From assembly GCA_964575755.1 (NCBI GenBank), contig CAZNRH010000002.1, forward strand, positions 70,351-134,350: DNA of 64,000 nucleotides, read 5' to 3'. This DNA is from an uncultured Candidatus Saccharibacteria bacterium (GTDB lineage Bacteria > Patescibacteriota > Minisyncoccia > Phycocordibacterales > JABMNX01). The stretch's first letter is position 1. Each line of letters opens with the position of its first letter. The translations under genes were made by a program, and so were the position numbers. Positions 47,743-57,799 of the stretch are shown here, piece by piece. A model generated the notes under the pieces. The model had not been told where the DNA came from. It searched no databases and saw only the letters and a program-made list of their open reading frames with translations.

Positions 47743-47750
47743 ACAGCTTA

Positions 47751-48932
47751 TTACTTTATCGCCTCTTGCTTATTCACAAGAGTTACCAGAAGTGAAGAAA
47801 CTGCTGCGAGTACAAAAGCAATTTTAAGACTAAAGAAAAGTACCATAACAGATATAAGTGCAAGCATGAGCACGTACCCTATCATTACAGATATCTCTTT
47901 CAAGACAGTAAATTCGTCTACGTAATGCCCATTATCTGCTGCTACGTCATATGTAGTAGCATCAACTGATAAACGATTCACAGCTCGTCCCATCTTATGA
48001 TATGTATCAAACAAGAACACCTGAAAACTCGACTCTATAAATAATTTAATAATCCACCCTGTCGTATTTAATATAGAGCCAATAGTAACCACTCGTTTTT
48101 TATTCCAACGGTCTAGTAAATCTCCTATAAAGAAACGTACAACAACAATCAAAAATATTGTGATTGACGACACAACACCTACAGCTAAGAATTTTCCCTT
48201 TAAAAGAAGGAAAATAAATATTGGCCAAATAATTACAGTCACACCAGACTGAGCACCATCAGCGGTATACCCTATTAGAAGCGAACGGTTTTCTTTACTA
48301 AAGAGCCTCCTAAATGTCTCGAAATATCCAAAAGAGAACTTTTCATATTGTTCACGAAGGAAGAATAGTGGAATAACCGCAAAGAGAAGAATGCCAAGAG
48401 ATATAATGAAAAGATTATTAAATCCATAAGTAGCAATAATAAATCCACCAAACAGTGGCACCATTATCCCAATAGTCTGAAAGACAGCAAGAAGTATCGA
48501 CATCTGGCGACCACGTGTTTTCTTGTCAGTAAACTTAGCGAAATCAACATGGTACGGTACCCAATAAAGAGCTTTAAATAACGCTATACTAAAAATAAAC
48601 CCAGTGAGTGCATATAAAGGATTACGGTCCCAAAGAAGCATAGAGAGAACTTCACCGAAAAGAAACGGCATTGCAAACATCATCATCCTCTTCATACCAA
48701 GTACAGATATAAGACGAGCACTTAATGGAGTGAGTATTATAGTAAGTGCAAATATCGCAATAAATATTATAACCACCTTTGATACAGACTGGTTAAACTT
48801 ACCAAAAAGAAAGATAATCTCAAAAAGTCCAATGATTCCAATTCCAAGAAGAATGAGAATCCTGTTTAGATATAGCGCAAGAATATTAAAAGAGAAGTGC
48901 ACTCCTTGATAATCTTTAAGACCGAGTTTCAT
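47751..48932 (-). CDS. MFS transporter
   Basis: About 12 predicted TM helices and an MFS-like GxxxDRxxRR-type loop (LLDRWNKKRVV). Confidence 0.75.
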   Translation of the reverse strand: MKLGLKDYQGVHFSFNILALYLNRILILLGIGIIGLFEIIFLFGKFNQSVSKVVIIFIAIFALTIILTPLSARLISVLGMKRMMMFAMPFLFGEVLSMLLWDRNPLYALTGFIFSIALFKALYWVPYHVDFAKFTDKKTRGRQMSILLAVFQTIGIMVPLFGGFIIATYGFNNLFIISLGILLFAVIPLFFLREQYEKFSFGYFETFRRLFSKENRSLLIGYTADGAQSGVTVIIWPIFIFLLLKGKFLAVGVVSSITIFLIVVVRFFIGDLLDRWNKKRVVTIGSILNTTGWIIKLFIESSFQVFLFDTYHKMGRAVNRLSVDATTYDVAADNGHYVDEFTVLKEISVMIGYVLMLALISVMVLFFSLKIAFVLAAVSSLLVTLVNKQEAIK

Positions 48933-48982
48933 ACTTAATACAAAATTTATGTTTTTATAAGAATAACACAGTCTAATCTGCG

Positions 48983-49429
48983 CTATTCATCAAATCCATA
49001 TCCCCACCCCCACGGTACAAGTGGATTAGGAAAACCAAAAGCTCTAACACCAATATACATAATATCTCCCATAAGTGGCACCCGTTCATTCACCCGCTCA
49101 CGGAGTTCATCATCGGCTTGTTTCCTTTCTTCAAGACTCCCACCTCTCCAGTATTTAATATCGTGCTCAATACATATGTCCGTAAAGTCTTTATTAAAAA
49201 AACCATTGATCCACAAACTACATCCATCTGTATGAAATTCTTCTGTAGGCACCGCTTCGGTTTTACTATTAGCTATTTCTACAAGTTCATCAACATCCTC
49301 TGGTTCAAATTGCTGGTCAAAATAAACAAAAGATACCAAGATCAGTATCAGACCTGCCCATATAATTATTTTACTTTTTATAATCTTTTTCCACGACTGT
49401 GGTCGGGATTTCGATTGTGATCTCAACAT
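48983..49429 (-). CDS. membrane-anchored protein with prokaryotic phospholipase A2-like motif (GCS...CxEHDxxY)
   Basis: N-terminal TM helix. FHTDGCSLWINGFFNKDFTDICIEHDIKYW resembles the PLA2 catalytic His/Asp pair framed by cysteines. Confidence 0.4.
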   Translation of the reverse strand: MLRSQSKSRPQSWKKIIKSKIIIWAGLILILVSFVYFDQQFEPEDVDELVEIANSKTEAVPTEEFHTDGCSLWINGFFNKDFTDICIEHDIKYWRGGSLEERKQADDELRERVNERVPLMGDIMYIGVRAFGFPNPLVPWGWGYGFDE

Positions 49430-49552
49430 ATTTTTATATTTTCTTGTATTTTACTCTTTCTGGGGGTATACTTACTTTATCTAGTGGTTTATTCATGAAA
49501 CTGTTAGGGTTCTACATCTTAGGGTCGCCTTCTTCACGGAGGGCGATTTTGT

Positions 49553-50149
49553 TTATGTATCAGACTTCCTGTCACTATTTTCTTCTCTATGTTTAAGCTC
49601 ACGACCCCATATATCCGCATTTACTTTTAAAACATCCGTGTATCCATCGGCGCCAGTCCGTAATTCTTGTGAAATATTATTTCTTGAAGAATATATAAAT
49701 ACCTTTTTCCCAGCATTTCTTATGTATCTAATGAGACCAAGAAAATCTGAATCACCAGTAAAAAATATCGCTATATCATAATTATTTTTGTTATGTATAG
49801 CGTCAATAGTTATCTCAACGTCCATATCACCTTTTTCTTGTATTACACCACCCTCTTCTGTTGAAATGTTTATCCTTTTTAATTGTTTTTTGCGTACATT
49901 AAAATTAAGACCTTTTTTAAGATATGTATAAAATTTATGCTTACCATCTAAACTATAATCTCTGGTTCCTTTTGCTGGGTATGCTGTATAATAGAAAACT
50001 TCCAAATGTTTTGTCTTATGTTCATCTCTTAAATAACTCTTTAACTTCTCATAATCAAAAGTCATACCTTTAGCTTTTTGGGCTTGCCATATATTAGAAG
50101 CATCTATAAAAACATACGCAGTATTCGTTTGTTTATCTTTTCTAAACAT
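49553..50149 (-). CDS. NYN/LabA-like (PIN-like) domain protein
   Basis: AYVFIDASN...GDMDVEITIDAI...IAIFFTGDSDFLGLIRYIRNAGKKV. Confidence 0.7.
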   Translation of the reverse strand: MFRKDKQTNTAYVFIDASNIWQAQKAKGMTFDYEKLKSYLRDEHKTKHLEVFYYTAYPAKGTRDYSLDGKHKFYTYLKKGLNFNVRKKQLKRINISTEEGGVIQEKGDMDVEITIDAIHNKNNYDIAIFFTGDSDFLGLIRYIRNAGKKVFIYSSRNNISQELRTGADGYTDVLKVNADIWGRELKHREENSDRKSDT

Positions 50150-50159
50150 AACTTAGATG

Positions 50160-50414
50160 TTATTTTACATGAACGTATATAACATTCCACCAATGCTTAC
50201 CCTTCTTAAAACCAATCCATGCCCCAGCCATCATCAAAACTACCGCACCAGTGTTGTGAATCATTTCCCAAGTTTCCCATGACAGCCCCATACCCCATCG
50301 TTCAAAATCAGACACCAGTAAAGCTATTATAGGGATCTCCAACACAGCATGTAAAAGAAAGCTGACCAAGACTCCAAGGAGTGTAAACAATAGTATGTAA
50401 ATAGGTTTCTTCAT
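50160..50414 (-). CDS. small membrane protein
   Basis: 84-aa ORF with two hydrophobic helices. Confidence 0.4.
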   Translation of the reverse strand: MKKPIYILLFTLLGVLVSFLLHAVLEIPIIALLVSDFERWGMGLSWETWEMIHNTGAVVLMMAGAWIGFKKGKHWWNVIYVHVK

Positions 50415-50418
50415 ATTT

Positions 50419-51027
50419 TTATCTCACAATTTTTATACTATCATCAGTTACTACAAGCGCCTCACTATCGGTCAATGGTAAAATTTCGCAGTCAGCTTTG
50501 TCGCTCCATTCCTTAACCATCTCCTCTTCTTCTTTACAGTAATGTGGTGATATTGCTACTTTTACCAAGTTAAGTCCAGTTGTGTCTTGTAAATTTATAT
50601 CATTTTCATCTGGAGTAGCAGTTAGTCCTATGTCTGGTCCTAAAATCATACTTCCGGCACTCGCTCCTACATAAACTACTCCTTTGTTTATTAATTTTAT
50701 TAAAATCTCATCGAATCCTGATTCTCGGACTTTGTGTAATAAATAAAAAGTATTCCCTCCACAAACATAAACCACATCAATATCTTTCAGTTCCTCGTCT
50801 GTAAGTTTTCTGTCTAAATCAAAACTAATTATATTTTTATCTAGTATTCCTACAGAAATTAATTCTTCTCTAGACTTACCAGTATAAAACAATTGTTCCT
50901 CGTCTATGGCGGCGGTTGGAATAAATAGCACTTTGATTTCTGAAGCTGGTTTATCAACCAATTCCAAAAAAATTTCACCAATTTTTGGATTCTCAAACCC
51001 CCCCGAAGTTAAAAGTATTTTCTTCAT
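50419..51027 (-). CDS. peptidase E-like (S51 family, class I glutamine amidotransferase-like fold)
   Basis: ILLTSGGF...VYVCGGNTFYLL...VYVGASAGS nucleophile region. Confidence 0.7.
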   Translation of the reverse strand: MKKILLTSGGFENPKIGEIFLELVDKPASEIKVLFIPTAAIDEEQLFYTGKSREELISVGILDKNIISFDLDRKLTDEELKDIDVVYVCGGNTFYLLHKVRESGFDEILIKLINKGVVYVGASAGSMILGPDIGLTATPDENDINLQDTTGLNLVKVAISPHYCKEEEEMVKEWSDKADCEILPLTDSEALVVTDDSIKIVR

Positions 51028-51031
51028 ATCT

Positions 51032-51814
51032 TTATTTTAACATTACAGATACAAGCCAATCTCTAATATATCTCTTACATGCTTCCTGCTCCTTTACCTC
51101 ATAATAAGAATGGGGAGCACCTTTAATAATTTTAATTTCTTTATTTTCCTCTGGTAGTGCATTATAGAGAACTTCTGTTTGTTCAAAACAAGAGGTGTCC
51201 TCACTTCCTATAATAAGAAGGACTGGCATGGTAACTTTGGTGATATTTGGAAATAGATCATGCTGGAGTCTTTCTTCAAACTGAAACCAGTAATTCCTTT
51301 TTATATTACCGTCTTTTCCAATTTTTTCTATAACACCTTTTTCTTTCAGTTCTTTAAATTTTTCAGGATGATATCTTTTTTGAGCTTCAAAAGACATTTT
51401 TCCAGATGCTACAGGAGCAACGGGGACGACATAACTCACTTCTTCTGGGTGTTCTTCCGCATACCTTATTGCAGAATATCCACCTTTTGAATGACCTGTT
51501 AGAGCGAGTGGTCCAACAAACCAGTCTTGTTTTTGAGCCCATTTTGTTACATCTTCAAAATCTTCCCAGTGTAATCCCAATGTAGATTTTTCATAGTCCC
51601 CATCACTTTCACCAAATGAGTTTGTGGTATCAAAATTGAATGTTTGAAATCCTGATTCTAGAAAGGCACCTTTCATTGCTTGTACAGTAGGTTTATTTCT
51701 ATTTCCACCCCAGCCATGCTGAACAATACAGGTACCTTTTATTTCTCCTTTAGGTATTTCTAGAACCCCTACTATTTTTTGACCTTTTCTGTTTTTTAGT
51801 TCTATTTTCTCCAT
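51032..51814 (-). CDS. alpha/beta hydrolase
   Basis: Nucleophile elbow LTGHSKGG. C-terminal GAPHSYY is consistent with the catalytic His. Confidence 0.75.
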   Translation of the reverse strand: MEKIELKNRKGQKIVGVLEIPKGEIKGTCIVQHGWGGNRNKPTVQAMKGAFLESGFQTFNFDTTNSFGESDGDYEKSTLGLHWEDFEDVTKWAQKQDWFVGPLALTGHSKGGYSAIRYAEEHPEEVSYVVPVAPVASGKMSFEAQKRYHPEKFKELKEKGVIEKIGKDGNIKRNYWFQFEERLQHDLFPNITKVTMPVLLIIGSEDTSCFEQTEVLYNALPEENKEIKIIKGAPHSYYEVKEQEACKRYIRDWLVSVMLK

Positions 51815-51833
51815 GTTTTTATCTTATCACAAT

Positions 51834-53318
51834 CTAAAGTTCTTTTAATTTCTTGTAGATTTCTACCATAGCAAGAGTATCTAGCTCACAATACTTTAAC
51901 AGGTTTTCTCGTGTCTTTTCAATATCTCCTTGTTGCATGTCCCTTTTTATCATCTTCTCCCACTCACTGAGTGCCATTGTACCATCTTGAATATCCAAAC
52001 TCTTATATGAAAGCTCTGGCAGAAGTACTGGTAGAACTTTTTTAATAGAAGCACTTCCCTTAAACTCTGGGTCCAAGTAATCTTTCTTAAATACCTTCAT
52101 CAAGTCAAACACCCTGCTATTTATATCCTCCAAAAAGCTCCTGTCTTCAGGATGAAGCTCCATAAGCTCCATATTTCTAGCCTTCTCAAAGCTCTCATAC
52201 CACACCACAACACTGCCCACGGGGCCTATATGAGCCTTGAGAGTGTCTACTAAGCTTTTTGTAGCGCCTGCGAGTTTATCAGCTAAATACTCAAAATGCT
52301 CAAGTTTACCATCTTCACTTAGTTTATGTATAGAGACCTGAAATACAAGCTGTTGATTCGTCTTGTATCGATCAAGTAGAGGTATCGGTGAGCCGTACGT
52401 CTCATAATCTAAGAAATATATAGGGAATACTAATTCAGACAGTGTCTTTTCAATAGCCTCCTTATTAATTCGAGGTCTTCCAGAAACCTGCAAGCTTACT
52501 TTGTCATTTTGAATATCAGTTAAGTCAAAACCCTCTGGAATATCTTTAATATTCACAATTCCATCTGCTAAAAGTAATCGGAGTTTATTACCCGCTACAA
52601 TATGGTGCACCGAGTATTCAGGTACTTGAGGGTTAAATTTAAAGAAAGAGTCGCATCTCTGGCCATGTGTTTTGTAGAGGCACTCACATCCCTCAAGCAA
52701 TATGTCGTCTTTGTCTAAAGTTTCGAGAGCGACTTTGATTTCATCTCGCACCACATCCTTTTGTTCTGTTACTGTATCTGTTATATTTTCAATTACAAAA
52801 AGCTGTTTAATGTCCACCTCCCCACTCCTCCTATATTTCTTATTAATATATACGATGTAGCTGTCGCCGACTTCGACTCCAGCATCCTCCACCACAATAG
52901 TCTGAAAGACGACGTCTTTAATATGATTGTGTTTTAAATCTGTTTTTATTTCAGAGCTCGCTTTGATCTCGTACAAGTCCCACTTGGAAGTTTCCTTATT
53001 AAAATTAAGCATATCAACTTTAGCGAAAAGCCCCTGCTTTGTTTCAAATGTAGCTTGAAAAATTGGCTTCTTATCATTTTCTTTGTCCTTAAGAAGCTCT
53101 TTTGTCTTCGACAAAAGAGCTTCCTTGTCTCCAGACACGAAAACACCATCAGGAAAAAGCTTCTGCACATACGACTCAACCTCGTATCCATCTTTTATAA
53201 GTTTCTTAAGGAAAAGAGAAAACTCCCCCGCCACATACTCCTCCGGACGTTTCTTCTTCAACCACAAGCTCTTCCCACACAACAACCACTCCTTAAATTC
53301 TGTCTTAGTCAGTTTCAT
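51834..53318 (-). CDS. DUF2779-like nuclease: N-terminal Cas4/RecB-type PD-(D/E)xK domain with Cys cluster plus C-terminal DEDD-like 3'-5' exonuclease domain
   Basis: DLYEIKAS...CECLYKTHGQRCDSFF (nuclease with Fe-S-like cysteines). YFLDYETYGSPIP (Exo I-like) and YCELD (Exo III-like). Confidence 0.6.
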   Translation of the reverse strand: MKLTKTEFKEWLLCGKSLWLKKKRPEEYVAGEFSLFLKKLIKDGYEVESYVQKLFPDGVFVSGDKEALLSKTKELLKDKENDKKPIFQATFETKQGLFAKVDMLNFNKETSKWDLYEIKASSEIKTDLKHNHIKDVVFQTIVVEDAGVEVGDSYIVYINKKYRRSGEVDIKQLFVIENITDTVTEQKDVVRDEIKVALETLDKDDILLEGCECLYKTHGQRCDSFFKFNPQVPEYSVHHIVAGNKLRLLLADGIVNIKDIPEGFDLTDIQNDKVSLQVSGRPRINKEAIEKTLSELVFPIYFLDYETYGSPIPLLDRYKTNQQLVFQVSIHKLSEDGKLEHFEYLADKLAGATKSLVDTLKAHIGPVGSVVVWYESFEKARNMELMELHPEDRSFLEDINSRVFDLMKVFKKDYLDPEFKGSASIKKVLPVLLPELSYKSLDIQDGTMALSEWEKMIKRDMQQGDIEKTRENLLKYCELDTLAMVEIYKKLKEL

Positions 53319-53364
53319 TTTGTTAGTTTACCACACAGCCTAAAAACCGCTCTCCCAAGCCCAA

Positions 53365-53396
53365 CCCGCCTCGCAAGCGAGAGCGTTGCAGGCAGG
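53365..53396. repeat. left copy of a perfect 32-bp direct repeat bracketing the R-M cassette
   Basis: cccgcctcgcaagcgagagcgttgcaggcagg is identical to 57768-57799. Confidence 0.85.
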
Positions 53397-53675
53397 CAAA
53401 TTAAATGCCCCAACCCATGTGGGGCATTTAATTCTTATCTTTCCCCCGTTTCTCTTCCCTCTGTCTTGAAACTAAGTCTTCTACACTCTTACGACTCGTA
53501 AAATACGCCCCAAGCGCAGCACCCACAACAGCAACAATAATTAAAATAAGGATATTCATGGTTTTATTTTAGCATGACACCACAAAAACCTCCCCCGCAA
53601 TAGAAGGTGTTGTGGACAGGCAAAATAAACAGCCAGAGTACTCATGCTATTTAATTTTTATATTCTGGCAAAAAA

Positions 53676-54359
53676 TTATTTTTCTATATCTGATATGATC
53701 TGCCTTCTAAAAGCAGTCAGTCTTTTACCTCCCATTTTTTCATATACACTTAGTTCCACATGATGTTTTTTACACAAAAAACAAAGACTATTTTTCTTTG
53801 AATGTAGATGTATGTACTGTAATAATATTTTATATACGTCGTATTTCTCTGTACCAGAAATGTATCCGTGGTCACATGCTATCTTCAAATTATCCGGTCT
53901 ACTTTTTTGAAGGTGTACTGTATCTAAATCATTCCTATTGCACTCTGGGAACTGACAAGTTGTCACAATCTTCTTTAATGGACTAAAAAAACTTTGAGTT
54001 ATATTGCGGACTTCACCTGACAACATAGTAAGCACCTTTAAATCTGAGTTTGTAACAATATAAATGTCTCTATATTTCTCAAAAAACTTTGGCTTAGTAG
54101 ACTTAAAAATAATATCAACTTTTTTTCTATCTTGAGCGACCATAATACCTTTAATAATCGCCAAGCTCTCTTGTTTACGAAAACAAAATAGCTTATTTTT
54201 GTCTTTATCTTGAATATTATATTTTTTAAGTATTTTCCACGACTTGAATCCTTTACTATTTACTGAATCATGTCCAAGCATATTATCAAGCTGCCTAGTT
54301 GACAGGCCTGATTTCAAGAAATGTAGCAAAACATCTTTATCTTTAGTATTAAATTTCAT
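53676..54359 (-). CDS. HNH-type endonuclease-like protein
   Basis: CQFPEC...LDTVHLQKSRPDNLKIACDHGY...CFLCKKHH has an HNH-like H/N/H arrangement with flanking Cys pairs. Start set at the internal Met (MKFNTKD). Confidence 0.5.
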   Translation of the reverse strand: MKFNTKDKDVLLHFLKSGLSTRQLDNMLGHDSVNSKGFKSWKILKKYNIQDKDKNKLFCFRKQESLAIIKGIMVAQDRKKVDIIFKSTKPKFFEKYRDIYIVTNSDLKVLTMLSGEVRNITQSFFSPLKKIVTTCQFPECNRNDLDTVHLQKSRPDNLKIACDHGYISGTEKYDVYKILLQYIHLHSKKNSLCFLCKKHHVELSVYEKMGGKRLTAFRRQIISDIEK

Positions 54360-54581
54360 AGTATTAATATACTCGTTTACCAAGTAAAACAAAACCAACT
54401 AGTGATACATAGGTTGCCATTACCTCACTTGTCAAGTTTTATAACAAGCCAACAGAGTAATAAGTACGAGTTGTAGAAGAAAAAAGCGTGTTTAATACAA
54501 AAAAACGAGCAATTACCGTGTTATCATTTATGGTATATCAAAAAGAGAAAATTGATATAATCAATTATATAAAATAACTTT

Positions 54582-56435
54582 ATGCAAAAAGATTTAGAGA
54601 AAACTTTAAATAATTATAGTCCTTTTATTATTGAAACAGCTCTTGTTCAATTATTTATTGACTCTAATAATTTAACTGTAAAAAAAAATGAACTTATTAG
54701 ATCTCTACTAGAAAATAAAAGTGAAGAAATTCTGAAAGCTAAGGAGTTTCTAATAAACAAGATAGAAACAAAAAATATAATCGACTTTGTAAATATATTT
54801 GAATTACTAATTCCTTTAGATGATAAAAAAAATAACGGAGCCTTCTTTACTCCGTCAAATATTACTGATTTTATAGTTTCTGAAACAATAGACTCAAGAT
54901 CTCAGAGAATTCTAGACCCTAGTTGCGGGTGTGGCGCTTTCCTTATCTCTGCCACAGACTTTATTGCAAAAAAATATAATAAGAGTGTCACGAAAACAAT
55001 TGAAGAAAATATATTTGGAGTGGACATAGCAAAATACAGCATAAAAAGAGCTAAAATTCTTCTTTCGCTTCTCGCTCTTAAAAATAATGAGGATAAAAAA
55101 GAAATAAAATTCAATCTTAAAACAAAAGACAGTTTGACGACTGACTGGAAAAAATTATTTCCAGAAATAAAAAATGGGTTCGACGTGGTTATAGGTAATC
55201 CTCCTTATGTTAAATTCCAAGACCTTAACGAAGACCTAAGGAAAAGTCTGTCTAAAAATTGGCAAACCCTAAATACTGGAAATTATAATCTTTATTTTGC
55301 CTTCTTTGAGTTAGGAATTAGTGTTATGAAAAATACTGGAGTACTTGGTTATATTACACCTAACAACTATTTTACTTCCTTAGCGGGAATTCATCTCAGA
55401 GAATTCCTAGAATCTAATAGGTTAATAGAAAAAATTATTGATTTCAACCACTTTAAAGTTTTTGATGCTCAAACATATACAAGTATAAGTTTTTTAAGTA
55501 AAGGTAATAACGTATCTTTCGATTATGAAAAAATCGATGACTGTGCGAAATTAAATTCATTAAAAAAATTACAATACTCGAAAATAAATTTTAGTGATTT
55601 AAATAATAAAAAATGGCGACTTCTACGTCATGGTGATCAAGAGAATATAAAAAAAATTGAAAATATAGGTAGAAAACTAGGAGATATAGTAAAAATTAGA
55701 GTTGGAGTAGCTACATGCAAAGATTCTGTGTACTTTGTGGACGGTTCAACTTTTGATGGAAAATATTTACATAAATCATACAACGGGAAGGATTATTTTA
55801 TTGAAAAAGACATTACTCAATCAATAGCAAAAATTTCTGACTTTAAAGCACAAGATGACCTAGGCGAAAACAATCGAAGAATAATTTTCCCTTATAGAAA
55901 AAAAAATAGAAACGTAGAAATCATTGAGGAAGATAAGTTAAAAAAAAAATACCCTTATTGTTATAAGTATCTTATGGCTGCTAAGTCAGAACTGGCATCA
56001 AGAGACAAGGGAGCTGTTAATTATCCAGAATGGTACGCCTACGCAAGAACCCAAGGACTTAATTTTTTAGGGAAAAAGCTACTTACTCCAACATTCAGCT
56101 CTAAGCCAAGGTTTCTGCTTGAAAAGAATGAAAATACACTATTCTGTAACGGATATGCTATTTACTTAGACAATAGACCGTCTTTATTTTACAAAACTGA
56201 ACAAAAATTAAATCTGTCCATTCTTAGCAAAATACTCAATTCGTCTATAATGGAATACTACATTAAACAAACTAGCGTATCTATTGATGGTGGGTACCCA
56301 TGCTATCAAAAGAATTTTATTGAACTGTTAGGAATTCCGGACTTCACCTCAAACGAACTAGGTTACTTAAACAGGGAAAAAGATGGAAAATTAATTAATG
56401 ATTTTTTAACAGGTAAATACGGTGTGCAAATCTAG
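54582..56435 (+). CDS. N6-adenine DNA methyltransferase, Eco57I-like (gamma-class) with C-terminal target-recognition region
   Basis: Motif I ILDPSCGCGAFL. Motif IV VIGNPPYV. Preceded by FFTPSNITDFIV. Confidence 0.85.
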   Translation: MQKDLEKTLNNYSPFIIETALVQLFIDSNNLTVKKNELIRSLLENKSEEILKAKEFLINKIETKNIIDFVNIFELLIPLDDKKNNGAFFTPSNITDFIVSETIDSRSQRILDPSCGCGAFLISATDFIAKKYNKSVTKTIEENIFGVDIAKYSIKRAKILLSLLALKNNEDKKEIKFNLKTKDSLTTDWKKLFPEIKNGFDVVIGNPPYVKFQDLNEDLRKSLSKNWQTLNTGNYNLYFAFFELGISVMKNTGVLGYITPNNYFTSLAGIHLREFLESNRLIEKIIDFNHFKVFDAQTYTSISFLSKGNNVSFDYEKIDDCAKLNSLKKLQYSKINFSDLNNKKWRLLRHGDQENIKKIENIGRKLGDIVKIRVGVATCKDSVYFVDGSTFDGKYLHKSYNGKDYFIEKDITQSIAKISDFKAQDDLGENNRRIIFPYRKKNRNVEIIEEDKLKKKYPYCYKYLMAAKSELASRDKGAVNYPEWYAYARTQGLNFLGKKLLTPTFSSKPRFLLEKNENTLFCNGYAIYLDNRPSLFYKTEQKLNLSILSKILNSSIMEYYIKQTSVSIDGGYPCYQKNFIELLGIPDFTSNELGYLNREKDGKLINDFLTGKYGVQI

Positions 56436-57235
56436 AAAATATCTTTACTCCCGAATCTTTTAGTATAAATATCTAACATATCTTTTGTAAATCCACTTAT
56501 TGTAAGATTTTTCAAGTTGACTTTTGTGTTTTTAGAAACCAACCCATCCATCTTCAACTCTTTAATTGAAGAATAAAGTTTAGGGCTTTTTTTTCTGAAA
56601 TCAACAATTAAAAGACAGACTCTTTCATATTTATACTCGTTTCCTTTTATAGAATGTCTGTTATTAATGGCTTGAAACATTCGTATGTATTCTTCTATAT
56701 TTGAAACTGACTTGAATTCTACTTTATTTTGCAACATTGCTTTATCATCATATTCGTGAGTAGGTATTAAGTATACTTCTCCCATACACTGTTTAGGATG
56801 ATTTAAATGTAAGTTTAAAGCTTCTGCAAACGTTCTCTCATATAAAGTGTCAATGTTTTTCTTTAAGCTACTTAATTGACTACGTACATTAACGCTAATA
56901 ATCCTTTTTATTCTAGGATCATCAGTATTAGTTATAGGTATCAACTCAATATTAGGAATAATGACGATGTCTTGGTTTTTTGACTTTAAAAACCCTTTGA
57001 TTTTAATCTCAGGACTAGATTCTCCAACTGGTGGAAAAATCTTTTGTGATTGAACTTTATTTTCTACAAAATCTCTTTTTATAAAATCATGAATAATATT
57101 TATTATTTTTTGGGAACGAATTAAAGCTTCTTTGGCTTTATGTCCATTTTCATATGTATTACCATTAAACTTCGAAGTGGTAATTGCTTCGTCATAATCT
57201 TTCTTTATTTTTTTGAGAACCTGTTGTATTGTCAT
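56432..57235 (-). CDS. candidate restriction endonuclease partner (unclassified)
   Basis: 267-aa ORF convergent with and overlapping the methyltransferase stop. Possible PD-D/ExK-like D...E(V)K segments. No firm family assignment. Confidence 0.35.
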   Translation of the reverse strand: MTIQQVLKKIKKDYDEAITTSKFNGNTYENGHKAKEALIRSQKIINIIHDFIKRDFVENKVQSQKIFPPVGESSPEIKIKGFLKSKNQDIVIIPNIELIPITNTDDPRIKRIISVNVRSQLSSLKKNIDTLYERTFAEALNLHLNHPKQCMGEVYLIPTHEYDDKAMLQNKVEFKSVSNIEEYIRMFQAINNRHSIKGNEYKYERVCLLIVDFRKKSPKLYSSIKELKMDGLVSKNTKVNLKNLTISGFTKDMLDIYTKRFGSKDIF

Positions 57236-57346
57236 AATTATCTTAAAACTACGTTAAAAGGTATACTCCCACAAAATATAGCTAAAATCAATGAAAAAAC
57301 AAATCTCCCCGAGGTTAAACCTCGGGGAGTATACAAGTATTCTTGA

Positions 57347-57685
57347 CTAAGATCTGGGAGTATTATTTTTTAAATAACCGTCCATAATTCTAGTTAACCG
57401 AAGTGCTTTGCGACGCAATCTTTTTGTTTTTATACGTGAGAGAGCATCTAAAAACTCTATAAGAGAACTATCTATTTTTTTGACGGCAATTTCTAAAGAT
57501 TCATTTACGCTTATGAAATCTGTTACTTCATTTAGAAGAATCTTCCTTCTAGCTATTATTTCATTCACCACCAACTTCGAACAGTTAATAGGGGTTGACG
57601 TGGAGATGAGACCACGAGTTGATCCTCTACTAAAGTTCACCTTAAGAACACTGCTACTTGTTCTCATGACAGGTTTCCTTTCCAT
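57347..57685 (-). CDS. hypothetical protein
   Basis: 112-aa ORF inside the DR-bracketed cassette. Confidence 0.35.
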   Translation of the reverse strand: MERKPVMRTSSSVLKVNFSRGSTRGLISTSTPINCSKLVVNEIIARRKILLNEVTDFISVNESLEIAVKKIDSSLIEFLDALSRIKTKRLRRKALRLTRIMDGYLKNNTPRS

Positions 57686-57767
57686 TACTGTTTATTATTC
57701 CAGTCTCTCTAATCTAAAAGTACCACGTTTAATCATTTAATCAATGAAATTAAATAGTAGTACCCCG

Positions 57768-57799
57768 CCCGCCTCGCAAGCGAGAGCGTTGCAGGCAGG
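57768..57799. repeat. right copy of the 32-bp direct repeat bracketing the R-M cassette
   Basis: Identical to 53365-53396. Confidence 0.85.
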
